Source of the DNA: a virus
Strand: one strand, 5' to 3'
UHGV virus genome: UHGV-2008342
DNA: 47,571 nt
Positions within the stretch are counted from its first letter, which is position 1. Every line of letters begins with the position of its first letter. Below are positions 11,899-26,685 of this stretch, piece by piece. The position numbers and the translations under genes are program-made. Below the pieces are notes generated by a model, which was not told the DNA's origin, searched no databases, and saw only the letters and a list, made by a program, of their open reading frames with translations.

Positions 11899-12539
11899 TT
11901 GTCGGTGTACCTCTCTCGTTTGCTCAGTTGTTCAGGAATATGGTGCAGCAGCTCGCCGTCGCCGCAGTAAATTGCGGCGTGATTCGGCACCGATGAACCA
12001 AAACAGCACAGCAGCACATCGCCCGGCTGTGCCGCTGACAACGGCACCTGATACAGCCCCGTCGCCTCCAGATTATCCAGATAGAGATTCTGGCCGTTAC
12101 GCCACCAGTCATCCTCACGATGAAAGTCCGGCATCTCAATCCCCGCCAGATGATAAGCATCCCGGAACAGTGTGTAACAGTCCGTCACACCGTGCTCAAA
12201 GCGCCGCCCGGTGAGATGCGGCACACAGCGGAACTTATGAATCGTCCCCCGGCAGACCAGCCACCACGGCAAATCACTCTGCACCTGCAGCCGCCGGTCG
12301 GCCTCACTCAGCCAGGGCAGACCACCGGGGTGGCTGTGGACCAGCGCCACAATCTCACCCTGCATTTCTGCCTGCAGCCAGTCTTCCGGCGACATACGGA
12401 AATACGCCTCCGGCTCACCGGAGATATTCACGCAGGGGAAATATCTTTCCCCCTCCGGCGTGCTTACCACGAAGCCGCACGACTCCGCTGGCGCACATCG
12501 CCGGGCGTGCGCCAGAATCGCTGATTCTGTCTGTGTCAT
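11796..12539 (-). CDS. K: tail assembly protein K (MPN/JAMM plus NlpC/P60-like)
   Basis: 247-aa ORF containing an HSHPGG motif. Start is 6 bp after the L stop. The classical 199-aa lambda K would begin at the internal MSPEDWLQ (12395). Confidence 0.9.
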   Translation of the reverse strand: MTQTESAILAHARRCAPAESCGFVVSTPEGERYFPCVNISGEPEAYFRMSPEDWLQAEMQGEIVALVHSHPGGLPWLSEADRRLQVQSDLPWWLVCRGTIHKFRCVPHLTGRRFEHGVTDCYTLFRDAYHLAGIEMPDFHREDDWWRNGQNLYLDNLEATGLYQVPLSAAQPGDVLLCCFGSSVPNHAAIYCGDGELLHHIPEQLSKRERYTDKWQRRTHSLWRHRAWRASAFTGIYNDLVAASTFV

Positions 12540-12544
12540 GGGAT

Positions 12545-13243
12545 TTACTGCGAAAGTTTGTTAATGGAAAGGAAGCCGCCAAAGTTGCCGACGTTATTGC
12601 GGAACTTACAACCGCTCAGGCATTTGCTGCATTTATCCTTCGTGATATCGGACGTTGGCTGGTCATATTCATCCGCGACAGCCGGACCGCTATAACCGCA
12701 CTCGTCACCGCGATAGGTCCAGGTGCAGGTGTTGGCCAGCATGATACGTCCCGGAAAAACAGCGCCATCCGTTTCCGTCGGCGTGGACAGTACAAAAGAG
12801 GCACTCACCGCGCTCAGTTCGCTGCACTGCTCAATGCGCCAGCGGCTGATCACCTCCTGCTCCGGATCGGCGCCACTGTTTCCGTTGACGAAGTTCACCG
12901 CATCCAGAAAACGGGCGTAAACCTTACGCCGGACCACCGTTCCACCGACCAGACTCTGCAGATCTTCCGCCATCCCGGTGACCATACCGTACAGGTTAGA
13001 AACCGTCAGTGTGGGGCGCGTACTGGTGCCTTTGCCATTCAGTTCAAAACCACTCCCCTGAATGGGATACGGCTGATACTGTCGCCCCTGCCAGGTGACC
13101 GGCTCACCTTTTTCGTTCTGCTCATTACAGAAAAAATAACGTTCTCCACCGACCTCTGTCAGGTCGATTTCCCAGAGCACCACGCTGGCCGACTGCTCCG
13201 CACGGGTGCATTCATTCAGTGTTTCCTGCCGGATATCCTGCAT
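12545..13243 (-). CDS. L: tail assembly protein L
   Basis: 232 aa, MQDIRQETLNECTRAEQSASVVLWEIDL, with C-terminal Cys cluster. Confidence 0.95.
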   Translation of the reverse strand: MQDIRQETLNECTRAEQSASVVLWEIDLTEVGGERYFFCNEQNEKGEPVTWQGRQYQPYPIQGSGFELNGKGTSTRPTLTVSNLYGMVTGMAEDLQSLVGGTVVRRKVYARFLDAVNFVNGNSGADPEQEVISRWRIEQCSELSAVSASFVLSTPTETDGAVFPGRIMLANTCTWTYRGDECGYSGPAVADEYDQPTSDITKDKCSKCLSGCKFRNNVGNFGGFLSINKLSQ

Positions 13244-13572
13244 CAGTTCACCACCTGTTCAAACTCTGCGCTGAACTCAACACGCAGCATACTGACCCGC
13301 GACGACCATTTTGCGCAGGTCACCTTTATCTGCCGCCACTCATAAGGCGGCGTCCACAGAAAGGCTTTCCAGCCCCCGTGCTCAGCCAGAAACGACTCCA
13401 GCGCCGTGGCCTCCCAACGGGGAACAGAAAGCGTCACGCTGTACGTTTTCAGGTCGGCATTCAGCCCGGCAGGCGCTCGCTGGGAATAGCCATCACCAAA
13501 GCGCACTTTCCTGACGGAAGGGGCCGAAGCCACATCCATACCGGGTTTCACTTTCCAGCGGAAGGTCTTCAT
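13243..13572 (-). CDS. M: tail assembly protein M
   Basis: 109 aa, MKTFRWKVKPGMDVASAPSVRKV. Confidence 0.95.
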   Translation of the reverse strand: MKTFRWKVKPGMDVASAPSVRKVRFGDGYSQRAPAGLNADLKTYSVTLSVPRWEATALESFLAEHGGWKAFLWTPPYEWRQIKVTCAKWSSRVSMLRVEFSAEFEQVVN

Positions 13573-16148
13573 CGTCCACCTCCGGAGAACAGACCACCAT
13601 CGCGCATCTGTGCCTGAATTTCATCACGGGCACCCTTGCGGGCCATGTCATACACTGCCTTCATCATCTGTGGACCTGGCAGACCATTCGTACCGTCGTT
13701 CTGAATCACCACGTGATTGTTCTGATTAAAATTAATGCCTTCAGCCCGCCGCATCTGCGCCGGACTTCCGGCACCGCCCACATAACCACCTTCCGCATAG
13801 CCCCGCATCAGGCGGTACAGGTTGCCGACACCAATTCGGCTGGTTGCCTCCTTCGTGAAGACAAATTCACCACGGTGAACAATCCCCGCTGGCTCATATT
13901 TGCCGCCGGTTCCCGTAAATCCTCCGGTTGCAAAATGGAATTTCGCCGCAGCTGCCTGAATGGCTGTACCGCCTGATGCGGATGCGCCGCCACCAACAGC
14001 CCCGCCAATGGCGCTACCGATACTCCCGACAATCCCCACCATTGCCTGCTTAAGCAGAATTTCTGTCATCATGGACAGCACGGAACGGGTGAAGCTGCGC
14101 CAGTTCTGCTCACTGCCGGTCAGCATCGCCGCCATATTCTGCGCAATACCATCAAAGGTCTGCGTGGCTGCACTTTTAACCTGCGACATACTGTCCGTGG
14201 CGCTCTCTTCCCACTCACTCCAGCCGGACCTGAGGCCTGCCATCCAGCTCCCGCGAAGCTGGTCTTCAGCCGCCCAGGTCTTTTTCTGCTCTGACATGAC
14301 GTTATTCAGCGCCAGCGAATTATCGCCATACTGTTCCTTCAGGCGCTGTTCTGTGGCTTCCCGCGCTGCCTGCCGGTCAGTAAGCCCCCGGTTTTTCGCC
14401 TCAATGGCGGCCCGTTTTGCCCGTTGTTGCTGTGCGAACTTATCCGCCTGCTGCGCCAGCGCGTTCAGGCGCTCCTGATACGTAACCTTGTCGCCAAGTG
14501 CAGCCAGCTGGCGTTTGTACTCCAGCGTCTCATCTTTATGCGCCAGCAGGGATTTCTCCTGTGCGGACAGCTGGCGACGTTGCGCCGCCTCCTCCAGTAC
14601 CGCGAACTGACTCTCCGCCTTCCACAAATCCCGGCGCTGCTGGCTGATTTTCTCATTTGCTCCGGCATGCTTCTCCAGCGTCCGGAGTTCAGCCTGAAGC
14701 GTCAGCAGGGCAGCATGAGCACTGTCTTCCTGACGATCGCCCGCAGACACTTTCACGCCGGACTGTTTCGGCTTTTTCAGCGTCGCTTCATAATCCTTTT
14801 TCGCCGCCGCCATCAGCGTGTTGTAATCTGCCTGCAGGATTTTCCCGTCTTTCAGTGCCTTGTTCAGTTCTTCCTGACGGGCGGTATATTTCTCCAGCGG
14901 CGTCTGCAGGCGTTCGTAAGCCTTCTGCGCCTCTTCGGTATATTTCAGCCGTGATGCCTCAGACTCGGCCCAGTCCTTTGCTGCCATCTCTCTGGCCTTT
15001 TCAAGATCGGCCTGCAACGTGGCGGCTGAAAGCCCAAGTTGCGCATTCGCTCTGTCCTCCCATGCTCCCCGGAGATTGGCAAGAAATGCTGAGGTTTTAC
15101 CGCGCCGGTGGCTTCGGCTCTGATACCACTGCCATTTTTTGTCCGCCTCATCAAAAGCCTTTTCTGCTTTCTCCAGCATTCCCTGGGCAGTGTCCGGGCG
15201 ACCAATATCCAGCACCGAATCCCACATGGATTTGAATGCCCGTGCTGTCCTGTCTGCCCAGGTCTCCAGCGTGCCCATGTTCTCTTTCAGGCGGCGGGTC
15301 TGGTCATCAAACCCTTTCGTTGCGGCCTCGTTCGCCGCCTGCAATGCCCCGGCTTCATCTCCGGAACGCTGCAACTGAGCAACATACGCAATCTGCTCCG
15401 CCGTCACGTTATGGAACTGACGTGCCATCGCTGTCAGTCCCGACGTCGGGTCTGTGGTCAGCTTCCCGAAGGCTTCAGCGACCTTGTCCACCTCCACGCC
15501 GGATGCAGAGGAGAAACGCGCCACACTCTGGCTGATCGCCTCAAACTGCTCACCACCACGCACACCGGCATTCACCAGCGCCGTCAGTGACTCGCTGGTC
15601 TGGTTAAACGTCAGCCCTGCCGCCTGCCCGGCTCTGGACAGGGCCAGAATACGATCTGCCGTCAGTCCCGCCTGATTGCCGGAAAGGACCAGCGTTTTGT
15701 TGAAATCGGACAGGGTTGAGTTGCCCTGATACCAGGCATACGCCAGCGCACCGGTCGCCACCGCCAGCGAGGTGGCCCCCACCATCGGCAGGGTGATCGC
15801 ACCGGCAAGCCCCCTGAACATGGGGATCATCCCGCCGAAGGAGTCCTTAACCTGACCACCCTGTTGCAGCAGGATCAGCCACGGACTTTGCCCGCCTGCA
15901 AGCTGCGTGGCCACGTCGGTGAACTGTGCAGGCAGCATACGCATGGCGGCTTTATACTGCCCGACGGAAATCCCCGCTTTCTGTGCAGCCAGCGCCTGTC
16001 GGCTCAGCGACTGTTCAACGACTGCCGCTGTTTTTTTCGCATCAGTTTCCGTACCGGAAAAATGACGCCTGACTCTGGCCATCTGCTCGTCAAATCTGGC
16101 CGCATCCAGACTTAAATCAACGACCAGATCGCCTACCGGTTCAGCCAT
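13569..16148 (-). CDS. H: tail tape measure protein H
   Basis: 859 aa, MAEPVGDLVVDLSLDAARFDEQMARVRRHF, long coiled-coil and Gly-rich regions. Confidence 0.95.
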   Translation of the reverse strand: MAEPVGDLVVDLSLDAARFDEQMARVRRHFSGTETDAKKTAAVVEQSLSRQALAAQKAGISVGQYKAAMRMLPAQFTDVATQLAGGQSPWLILLQQGGQVKDSFGGMIPMFRGLAGAITLPMVGATSLAVATGALAYAWYQGNSTLSDFNKTLVLSGNQAGLTADRILALSRAGQAAGLTFNQTSESLTALVNAGVRGGEQFEAISQSVARFSSASGVEVDKVAEAFGKLTTDPTSGLTAMARQFHNVTAEQIAYVAQLQRSGDEAGALQAANEAATKGFDDQTRRLKENMGTLETWADRTARAFKSMWDSVLDIGRPDTAQGMLEKAEKAFDEADKKWQWYQSRSHRRGKTSAFLANLRGAWEDRANAQLGLSAATLQADLEKAREMAAKDWAESEASRLKYTEEAQKAYERLQTPLEKYTARQEELNKALKDGKILQADYNTLMAAAKKDYEATLKKPKQSGVKVSAGDRQEDSAHAALLTLQAELRTLEKHAGANEKISQQRRDLWKAESQFAVLEEAAQRRQLSAQEKSLLAHKDETLEYKRQLAALGDKVTYQERLNALAQQADKFAQQQRAKRAAIEAKNRGLTDRQAAREATEQRLKEQYGDNSLALNNVMSEQKKTWAAEDQLRGSWMAGLRSGWSEWEESATDSMSQVKSAATQTFDGIAQNMAAMLTGSEQNWRSFTRSVLSMMTEILLKQAMVGIVGSIGSAIGGAVGGGASASGGTAIQAAAAKFHFATGGFTGTGGKYEPAGIVHRGEFVFTKEATSRIGVGNLYRLMRGYAEGGYVGGAGSPAQMRRAEGINFNQNNHVVIQNDGTNGLPGPQMMKAVYDMARKGARDEIQAQMRDGGLFSGGGR

Positions 16149-16979
16149 ACCGGACTCCTCCTGCGATCCCTTCTGATACTGTCATCAGCATTACGTCATC
16201 CTCCGTCATGTCCGCCACATCCGGGGAAGCGGGGATAACTTCATTCCCGTCCGGGCCAAAACGAACGCCTCCGGCAAGCCCTGCCGCTTTCTGCATCAGC
16301 ACATCATCTTCAGGCTCTTCGTCAGCCTCGCGCCGGTTCAGCAGACTGAAATCCAGCGGATGCATATCCGGATCGCTGAAAAACAGGCTGAGCACGGTGT
16401 ACGTCAGCCCGGAAAAGTGCATATCCAGCAGAACATCATGAAAATAATGGGTACTGTAAAAGCGGTGCCAGTCGGCATACTCCGTGGATGACATCCCGGC
16501 AAGCATGGCACGCCAGTCGGGTCGCCCCATCTCGCGCGCCAGTTTCAGGGCAAAACTCAGCTCACCGTCGAACACTTTCCCGCAGAAACAGGCTCTGCAG
16601 GCCCGGCATCCTCTGCCTGTTCAGGGGCATCATTCACCACAAACTCATACATACCGGACAGCCGGTACACCACGTTTTCAGCATGAGAAATTGCCTCTGT
16701 AGGCCAGGTGGTAAGCACTTCCTGCTCAATCTGTTTAACGGCTTCATTCATGGAAGGCATCTGCGTCTTCTGCGGATGGTTATGCCACAGGGACATCGCT
16801 ACCACACAAGCACCGGTTCTGATGGCGTCTTCCACTGTAAACTTCCGGTTGCTGTCTGACTCCGCCTGTTCTGCCTGCCGTTTCATCAGGGCGAGATGCT
16901 CAATACGCTGCAGGGCTGACAGTTCAGAAAGCGTGACGGTCACACCGTTATGTTCAAATGATTCGGTTTTCAGGAACAT
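16141..16979 (-). CDS. GT: tail assembly chaperone G-T, made by -1 programmed frameshift
   Basis: The T frame (16141-16575) overlaps the 3' end of G. A GGGAAAG slippery heptamer lies in the overlap. Confidence 0.85.
16557..16979 (-). CDS. G: tail assembly chaperone G
   Basis: 140 aa, MFLKTESFEHNGVTVTLSELSALQRIEHL. Confidence 0.9.
   Translation of the reverse strand: MFLKTESFEHNGVTVTLSELSALQRIEHLALMKRQAEQAESDSNRKFTVEDAIRTGACVVAMSLWHNHPQKTQMPSMNEAVKQIEQEVLTTWPTEAISHAENVVYRLSGMYEFVVNDAPEQAEDAGPAEPVSAGKCSTVS
16575..16581 (-). other. G GGA AAG slippery heptamer for the G/GT -1 frameshift
   Basis: Plus strand reads CTTTCCC here, which is GGGAAAG on the coding strand, about 6 codons before the G stop. 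Confidence 0.75.
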
Positions 16980-16994
16980 CGCTGACTCTCCGGA

Positions 16995-17735
16995 TTAACT
17001 GGCGGTGACGTTGATTTCTGCAACCGCAGCAAGTTCACCATTACCGGATACGACCGGAATGTTGACCTTGCCTGCAGCAACACCTTTCACGGTGATGGTC
17101 ATACCACTGACCGACACGGTGGCTTTTGTTTTATCCGCTGACACCGCACGGAAGCTCTTGTCGGTTGCGCCTTCCGGCTGGAATGCCACGGTCAGCGTGG
17201 TGCTCTGCCCTTTCACCACCGAGGTGCTGGCAGGCGTCACGGTCATGCCGGTTGCCGCTGTGACCGTGCTGTGATCTTCTGCCATCGACGGACGGCCCAC
17301 ATTGGTGACCTTCACCGTGCGGGTGATCACTTCCTTCGCCGTCACCGCCTTACCGATACTGCTGACCCAGCCGCGGAACACATCGACCGTGCCATTCGGG
17401 AAGCGGATTTTATAGGCTCGGGTATCCCCTTCATTAAACCACGCCAGCAGCGCCTGCTGCCCCTGCTCTCCGGGCATCCACGCCAGCGTGAAGCTGGTAT
17501 CTCCGGCAGATTTCTGCCCCTGCCCGGTCGCAGTCCAGTCCGCATCTTCATCATCGAGATAGCTGTCGTCATAGGACTCAGCGGTCAGTTCGCCGGGCGT
17601 CAGGTCTTTAACTTTAGCCAGACGCGACCAGTCAACGTCTGAAAGCGGGTTCGCATAAGGGTCACCGTTCCCCTTATAAACCCACAGTGTGGTCCCGGCC
17701 CCTTTCACCGGCATTACTGGATTTGGTACAGGCAT
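16995..17735 (-). CDS. V: major tail tube protein V
   Basis: Start placed at [22 protein letters not shown], where an ATG is verified at 17733-17735. The track ORF extends 10 codons further upstream. Confidence 0.9.
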   Translation of the reverse strand: MPVPNPVMPVKGAGTTLWVYKGNGDPYANPLSDVDWSRLAKVKDLTPGELTAESYDDSYLDDEDADWTATGQGQKSAGDTSFTLAWMPGEQGQQALLAWFNEGDTRAYKIRFPNGTVDVFRGWVSSIGKAVTAKEVITRTVKVTNVGRPSMAEDHSTVTAATGMTVTPASTSVVKGQSTTLTVAFQPEGATDKSFRAVSADKTKATVSVSGMTITVKGVAAGKVNIPVVSGNGELAAVAEINVTAS

Positions 17736-17742
17736 AGCGTCC

Positions 17743-18138
17743 TCACATTTCATAGGTAATGACATAAGTCAGATCGGCTGAACTCCACAGGCCCGCATCA
17801 TCGTCGCGCCGGTAGTCATAGCCGCTGGCCACCATACTGGTGATCAAATCTGACAGTGCCGGGATATCGCTCATCACCGGATAAATCCGGGACTCCATCC
17901 ACGAATCCAGCTCTGAATCCGGCACCTGAGCAGGCAGGAAAACTTCAATATGCAGCTCCGCCTGCCAGGTATCACTGTCCAGCTCTTCGCCCGTGTATTC
18001 AGCGCCGGTGAGATAAACGGCAATTGCCGGAAAATCCGCCTCATCAAAAACAGCGGGGCGACCATCAAAAAGCGTCGCCCCGGTGTCATGCTTCTCCAGT
18101 GCATCCAGTACGGCTGCACGGAGTTCAGTATGTTTCAT
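17743..18138 (-). CDS. U: tail terminator protein U
   Basis: 131 aa, [33 protein letters not shown]. Confidence 0.95.
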   Translation of the reverse strand: MKHTELRAAVLDALEKHDTGATLFDGRPAVFDEADFPAIAVYLTGAEYTGEELDSDTWQAELHIEVFLPAQVPDSELDSWMESRIYPVMSDIPALSDLITSMVASGYDYRRDDDAGLWSSADLTYVITYEM

Positions 18139-18713
18139 CGCTTTATTACCATTCTCAGTTGATGCTGCAGCGCATAGCCCAGCTCTTTCGGAAGACGTTC
18201 ACGCCGTATCCGTTCAATATTCTGTTTAAACGCCGTGGTAAGCGGCACCGCCATCGGGATTTTCACCACATCAATGGGGTAACGGTTTTTCCCGGCCACA
18301 CGCTGCATGACATGCCACCGGCCATTTTTCAGTTGCTGAATAAACGCGCCGGGAATACGACGGTTTCCCACCACAAGCACGCTGCCGCCACCTTTCAGGG
18401 ATGAACGCTGCCCCTTTTTACGACGTCTGCGGCGGGAAAGGACAACCCGCGCGTTACCCAGCTTGATTACGGGCAAATCCCCCCGGTTAACCCTGATTCT
18501 GGCCTGCGGATTTTTGACCGTGGCCCTTTTCAGCCTGGCCCTTTCCTTTACCAGTTTCCGGCGTACCTTTGTCTCACGGGCAACCTGTGACGCAGACTGC
18601 GATATCGCGGATGACGCAACGCGGTTAATGGCCATTGCGGCGGCACCAGGCACCGCCGTTTTGCTGATACGGCTGAGGTTTTCAACGGCCTGCTCAAGAC
18701 CTTTTATGGCCAT
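18135..18713 (-). CDS. Z: tail completion protein Z
   Basis: 192 aa, MAIKGLEQAVENLSRISKTAVPGAAAMAINR. Confidence 0.95.
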   Translation of the reverse strand: MAIKGLEQAVENLSRISKTAVPGAAAMAINRVASSAISQSASQVARETKVRRKLVKERARLKRATVKNPQARIRVNRGDLPVIKLGNARVVLSRRRRRKKGQRSSLKGGGSVLVVGNRRIPGAFIQQLKNGRWHVMQRVAGKNRYPIDVVKIPMAVPLTTAFKQNIERIRRERLPKELGYALQHQLRMVIKR

Positions 18714-18724
18714 ACATCCCCCTT

Positions 18725-19078
18725 TCAGCGGCGACGGTTAACGGCAGGCGGCACGCCACGCCCAAGCCAGAGATGACAGCTTCCGCCATCATCCGGCGAA
18801 ATCCGGTCCACCCAGAAGTTTTCCTCGCCGATGGTCAGTGTGTCTCCACGCCGCAGCTGCCGCACATCATCAGTCCGGACAAACAGGGACGGGCTGGAGC
18901 CTTCAACGCGCACCCCCTGTCCGGCATAGCTGATATTTTCAGGGTCATCAAAAACACCACGTATCACAGCACCGGACAGCTCACCGGATGTCATGGTGGC
19001 TGACGTTCCCATGTACCCGCGTATCGTTTCATCGGCGCGGGCAATGGCAGCATCGAACAGGTTATCGGAATCAGCCAC
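18725..19078 (-). CDS. FII: head-tail joining protein FII
   Basis: 117 aa, MADSDNLFDAAIARADETIRGYMGTSATM. Confidence 0.95.
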   Translation of the reverse strand: MADSDNLFDAAIARADETIRGYMGTSATMTSGELSGAVIRGVFDDPENISYAGQGVRVEGSSPSLFVRTDDVRQLRRGDTLTIGEENFWVDRISPDDGGSCHLWLGRGVPPAVNRRR

Positions 19079-19089
19079 AGCGCCTCCCG

Positions 19090-19485
19090 TTATTGCATTC
19101 TGGCCAGGCCATGTTCTGTCATTTCGGCTGCCACACCGGCAGAGACACGAAACGCCGTTCCCGGCAGCACAAATGCCACAGGCTCATCCCGCGTGGCGTG
19201 AAGTGCATCAGTATGCAGCGTCACCAGTGCCACGACCGTGACCAGAGCAGCCGTATCAGTCACGGTATCCGGCTGCGCTGATACCACCTCATTTTCATGT
19301 CCGGTCAGCGCATTTTCCGGGCTGACAGATGTGTCCTGACCGGCAGCGTCATCCGTGTCATCAAGCTCCTCTTCCAGCTCTGCCACACGGAGCACCAGTT
19401 CTTCTTTCGTCCCCGTCAGGCTGACATCACGGTTCAGTTGCTCACCCAGCACCTGAAGACGGGCAATCAGTTCATCTTTCGTCAT
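19090..19485 (-). CDS. FI: DNA packaging protein FI
   Basis: Start at MTKDELIARLQVLGEQLNRDVSLTGTKEEL with ATG verified at 19483-19485; 131 aa. Confidence 0.9.
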   Translation of the reverse strand: MTKDELIARLQVLGEQLNRDVSLTGTKEELVLRVAELEEELDDTDDAAGQDTSVSPENALTGHENEVVSAQPDTVTDTAALVTVVALVTLHTDALHATRDEPVAFVLPGTAFRVSAGVAAEMTEHGLARMQ

Positions 19486-19526
19486 GGACTCCTCCACAGA
19501 GAGAAAATGGCCCCGAAGGGCCATGA

Positions 19527-20552
19527 TTACGCCAGTTGTACGGACACGAACGCATCAGGATCAGCCAGCAGCATCAGCGGTGCTGACTGAATCATGGTGA
19601 ACTCACGCGCCGGATCGCCGGTGGTCACCCAGTTTTTCGGGTAGCGGGCAGAGGCGTTAATACCTTCGCGCTGTGCGTCCGCATCCTGAATGCAGCCATA
19701 GGTGCGCAGACCGCGTGCCTGAGTGTTCCCCAGCACCATCGTGTTGTCCGGCAGGAAGTTCTTTTTGACGTCGTTTTCCACGTACTGTCCGGAATACACG
19801 ACGATCGCCGTATCGCCATACATCCCCTTATAGGACACCGCTTCGCCCAGGTCTTTTACCGCTGTCTCCAGCTCGGAATTAGAGCCGCGACGGGTATCCA
19901 GCTTCTCCCTGACGGCTTTGAAGGAACGGAACAGCGCCCAGCCTTTCGGATCAAACACGATGATATTCACCACGCCGCTGGCGTTCAGCGCATAGGCTTC
20001 GATATCGTCGGTCGGGTCATACGTGGACTTGTCACGCTTGCTCCACTCCGTACCACCGGACTGTGTGATGTTGTTCGCCGCACTGCGGCCCATATCCACC
20101 TCAACCGGATCGAAGGCTTCACCGGTCATGGTGTATTTGCCCTTAAGCACAGCAGAAACTGCCTGCATCTCTTCGACCTGAGCAATGGCCAGCTCTTCGT
20201 CTCGCATGTTCTGCATGATGATGCGACGGCGGCGGTAAGCCGGGTCCGCCAGATTCTGCGGATCTTCATCCGGCAGGCGACGCAGGGTCATCTGCGGATT
20301 CACCTCATGCTTGGGTTTGACATATCCCGGCGTAAATTCAGAGGTGGAGCCGCCACGGGAACGGATAACCTCACCGGAAACAATCGGCGAAACGTACAGC
20401 GCCATGTTTACCAGTCCCGGAATTTGTGAGAGATAGACTTTCTCCGTGGTGAAGGGATAGCTCTCACGGAAAAAGAGACGCAGAAACAGCGGATCAAACT
20501 TAAATTTCTGCTCATTTGCCGCCAGCAGCTGGGCGGTTGTGTACATCGACAT
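19527..20552 (-). CDS. E: major capsid protein E
   Basis: 341 aa from MSMYTTAQLLAANEQKFKFDPLFLRLFF; ATG verified at 20550-20552. Confidence 0.95.
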   Translation of the reverse strand: MSMYTTAQLLAANEQKFKFDPLFLRLFFRESYPFTTEKVYLSQIPGLVNMALYVSPIVSGEVIRSRGGSTSEFTPGYVKPKHEVNPQMTLRRLPDEDPQNLADPAYRRRRIIMQNMRDEELAIAQVEEMQAVSAVLKGKYTMTGEAFDPVEVDMGRSAANNITQSGGTEWSKRDKSTYDPTDDIEAYALNASGVVNIIVFDPKGWALFRSFKAVREKLDTRRGSNSELETAVKDLGEAVSYKGMYGDTAIVVYSGQYVENDVKKNFLPDNTMVLGNTQARGLRTYGCIQDADAQREGINASARYPKNWVTTGDPAREFTMIQSAPLMLLADPDAFVSVQLA

Positions 20553-20607
20553 AAAAAAATCCCGTAAAAAAAGCCGCACAGGCGGCCTTTAGTGATGAAG
20601 GGTAAAG

Positions 20608-20940
20608 TTAAACGATGCTGATTGCCGTTCCGGCAAACGCGGTCCGTTTTTTCGTCTCGTCGCTGGCAGCCTCCGGCCAGAGCACATCCTCATAACGGAA
20701 CGTGCCGGACTTGTAGAACGTCAGCGTGGTGCTGGTCTGGTCAGCATCAACCGCCAGAATGCCAACGGCAGTACCGTCGGTGGTGCCATCCCACGCAACC
20801 AGCTTACGGGTGGAGGTGTCCAGCATCAGCGGGGTCATTGCAGGCGCTTTCGCACTCAATCCGCCGGGCGCGGTTGCGGTATGAGCCGGGTCACTGTTGC
20901 CCAGCGGCTGGTAATGGGTAAAGGTTTCTTTGCTCGTCAT
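20608..20940 (-). CDS. D: capsid decoration protein D
   Basis: 110 aa from [27 protein letters not shown]; ATG verified at 20938-20940. Confidence 0.95.
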   Translation of the reverse strand: MTSKETFTHYQPLGNSDPAHTATAPGGLSAKAPAMTPLMLDTSTRKLVAWDGTTDGTAVGILAVDADQTSTTLTFYKSGTFRYEDVLWPEAASDETKKRTAFAGTAISIV

Positions 20941-20949
20941 AAACATCCC

Positions 20950-21345
20950 TTACACTGGTGTGTTCAGCAAATCGTTAACGGCATCAGATGCCGGGTTACC
21001 TGCAGCCAGCGGTGCCGGTGCCCCCTGCATCAGACGATCCAGCGCAGTGTCACTGCGCGCCTGTGCACTCTGTGGTGCAGCTGCCAGAATGCGGCGGGCC
21101 GTTTCCACGGTCATACCGGGGGTTTCTGCCAGCACGCGGGCCTGTTCTTCGCGTCCGTGAGCCTCCTCACAGTTGAGGATCCCCATAATGCGGCTGTTTT
21201 CTGCCGCAACCGCAGCGGTGATCTGCGCGTTCACGTCCGGCTGCGCCGCGCTGGCGTTTTCGCCCTCCGTCGCTGGCACCACGTCAGTAACGTCAGCCTG
21301 CGAAGCAGTGGCTGAAACAGTTGTTGATTGAGTCTCTTTGGTCAT
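20950..21345 (-). CDS. Nu3: scaffolding protein Nu3, in-frame internal start within C
   Basis: Internal ATG (verified at 21343-21345) giving MTKETQSTTVSATASQADVTD..., 131 aa, same frame and stop as C. Confidence 0.7.
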   Translation of the reverse strand: MTKETQSTTVSATASQADVTDVVPATEGENASAAQPDVNAQITAAVAAENSRIMGILNCEEAHGREEQARVLAETPGMTVETARRILAAAPQSAQARSDTALDRLMQGAPAPLAAGNPASDAVNDLLNTPV

Positions 21346-22249
21346 TCGCCCTCCTGAGAGACGGGATTTACGTGCATCCAGTGCATCACGCATAACGGTG
21401 ATCGCATCGGTGCTGTTGACAAGTTCATCAGCCAGTCCGGCATCAATGGCCTCCTGACCGCTGTACACTGCAGCCTCGGTATCCAGCACAGCCTGCACGG
21501 ACAGGCCGGTATATGCCGACACCTTCTGTGCAAACATCCGGCGGGTTGCATCCATCCGGGACTGCAATGTTTCCCGGACATCATCCGGTAGATGGCTGTA
21601 GGGGTTGCCATCCACCTTATGGCTGCCGCTGTAAATCAGCGTGATTTCCACGCCCTGTTTCTCCAGTGCAGCGCCGTAATTACTGTGAGCCATCATGACG
21701 CCGATGGAGCCTGTCCGGGCGGTCTGCGTGACCAGACGCCGGGAGGCGGCACTGGCAAGCAGCTGACCTGCGCTGCAGTTCATGTCATTGGCCAGCGCCC
21801 ATACCGGCTTTATGTCACGCACACGGGCGATGATGTCAGCGCAGTCAAATGCCCCCGCCACCATCCCGCCGGGCGTGTCCATATCGAGCAGAATGCCGTC
21901 CACCATCGGATCGCTGGCAGCCTGTTGCAGACGGGCGATAATGCCGTTGTAACCGGTCATCCCCGAGTACGGCTGCAGCGCCCGCGTCCGGCTGACCAGC
22001 GTGCCGGACACCGGCAGCACGGCGATGCCGTTCATGACCTGATAACTGCGGGCCTGTCGTGGTCCGTCATCATCACCGGATAATGCCAGCGTCGCGAGTG
22101 CCTCCTGGGCAGTCAGGCTGTCGCCGGACACCGCATCCGTCAGGCGGCTGATCCCAAGCTGGCCTGCAAGCGCACAAAAGAAAACCCGCGCATAGGCGGG
22201 TTCAAGCATCAGCGGCTCATTAAAAGCCATGCTGGCAATATGCGGGAGA

Positions 22250-22269
<20 letters not shown>
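20950..22269 (-). CDS. C: capsid assembly protease C
   Basis: Lambda-C-like sequence from VTAELRNLPHIASMAFNEPLMLEPAYARVFF. Start inferred as the GTG at 22269, overlapping the end of B; the track ORF extends further 5'. Confidence 0.85.
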
Positions 22270-25950
<3,681 letters not shown>

Positions 25951-25976
<26 letters not shown>

Positions 25977-26496
25977 TCAGCAACCCCGGTATCAGTTCAT
26001 CCAGCGCGGCTGCTTTGTTCATGGCTTTGATGATATCCCGTTTCAGGAAATCAACATGTCGGTTTTCCAGTTCCGGAAAACGCCGCTGCACCGACAGGGG
26101 GATCCCGTCGAGAATACTGGCAATTTCACCTGCGATCCGCGACAGCACGAAAGTACAGAATGCGGTTTCCACCACTTCAGCGGAGTCTCTGGCATTTTTC
26201 AGCTCCTGTGCGTCGGCCTGCGCACGCGTAAGTCGATGGCGTTCGTACTCAATAGTCCCTGGCTGGAGATCTGTCTCGCTGGCCTGCCGCAGTTCTTCAA
26301 CTTCCCGGCGCAGCTTTTCGTTCTCAATTTCAGCATCCCTTTCGGCATACCATCTTATAACGGCGGCAGAGTCATAAAGCACCTCATTACCCTTGCCACC
26401 GCCTCGCAGAACGGGCATTCCCTGTTCCTGCCAGTTCTGAATGGTACGGATACTCGCACCGAAAATGTCAGCCAGCTGCTTTTTGTTGACTTCCAT
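25951..26496 (-). CDS. Nu1: terminase small subunit Nu1
   Basis: 181 aa, MEVNKKQLADIFGASIRTIQNWQEQGMPVLRGGGKGNEVLYD (winged HTH). Confidence 0.95.
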
Positions 26497-26673
26497 TGTT
26501 CATTCCACGGCCAAAAACAGAGAAAGGAAACGACAGAGGCCCAAAAGCTCGTTTTCAGCACCTGTCGTTTCCTTTCTTTTCAGGGGGTATTTTAAATAAA
26601 AACATTAAGTTACGACGAAGAAGAACGGAAATGCCTTAAACCGGAAAATTTTCATAAATAGCGAAAACCCGCG

Positions 26674-26685
26674 AGGTCGCCGCCC
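26674..26685 (-). other. cos: cosN cohesive-end site; terminase-binding cosB lies between it and Nu1
   Basis: Plus strand AGGTCGCCGCCC is the complement of GGGCGGCGACCT, the lambda 12-nt cohesive end. Flanking sequence resembles the lambda genome ends as I recall them. Confidence 0.85.

Noticed and set aside
13960-15675. Plus-strand ORFs of 160-192 aa antisense to the tape measure gene H
   Set aside because: Shadow frames inside a well-supported gene, with no ribosome-binding sites or recognisable domains.
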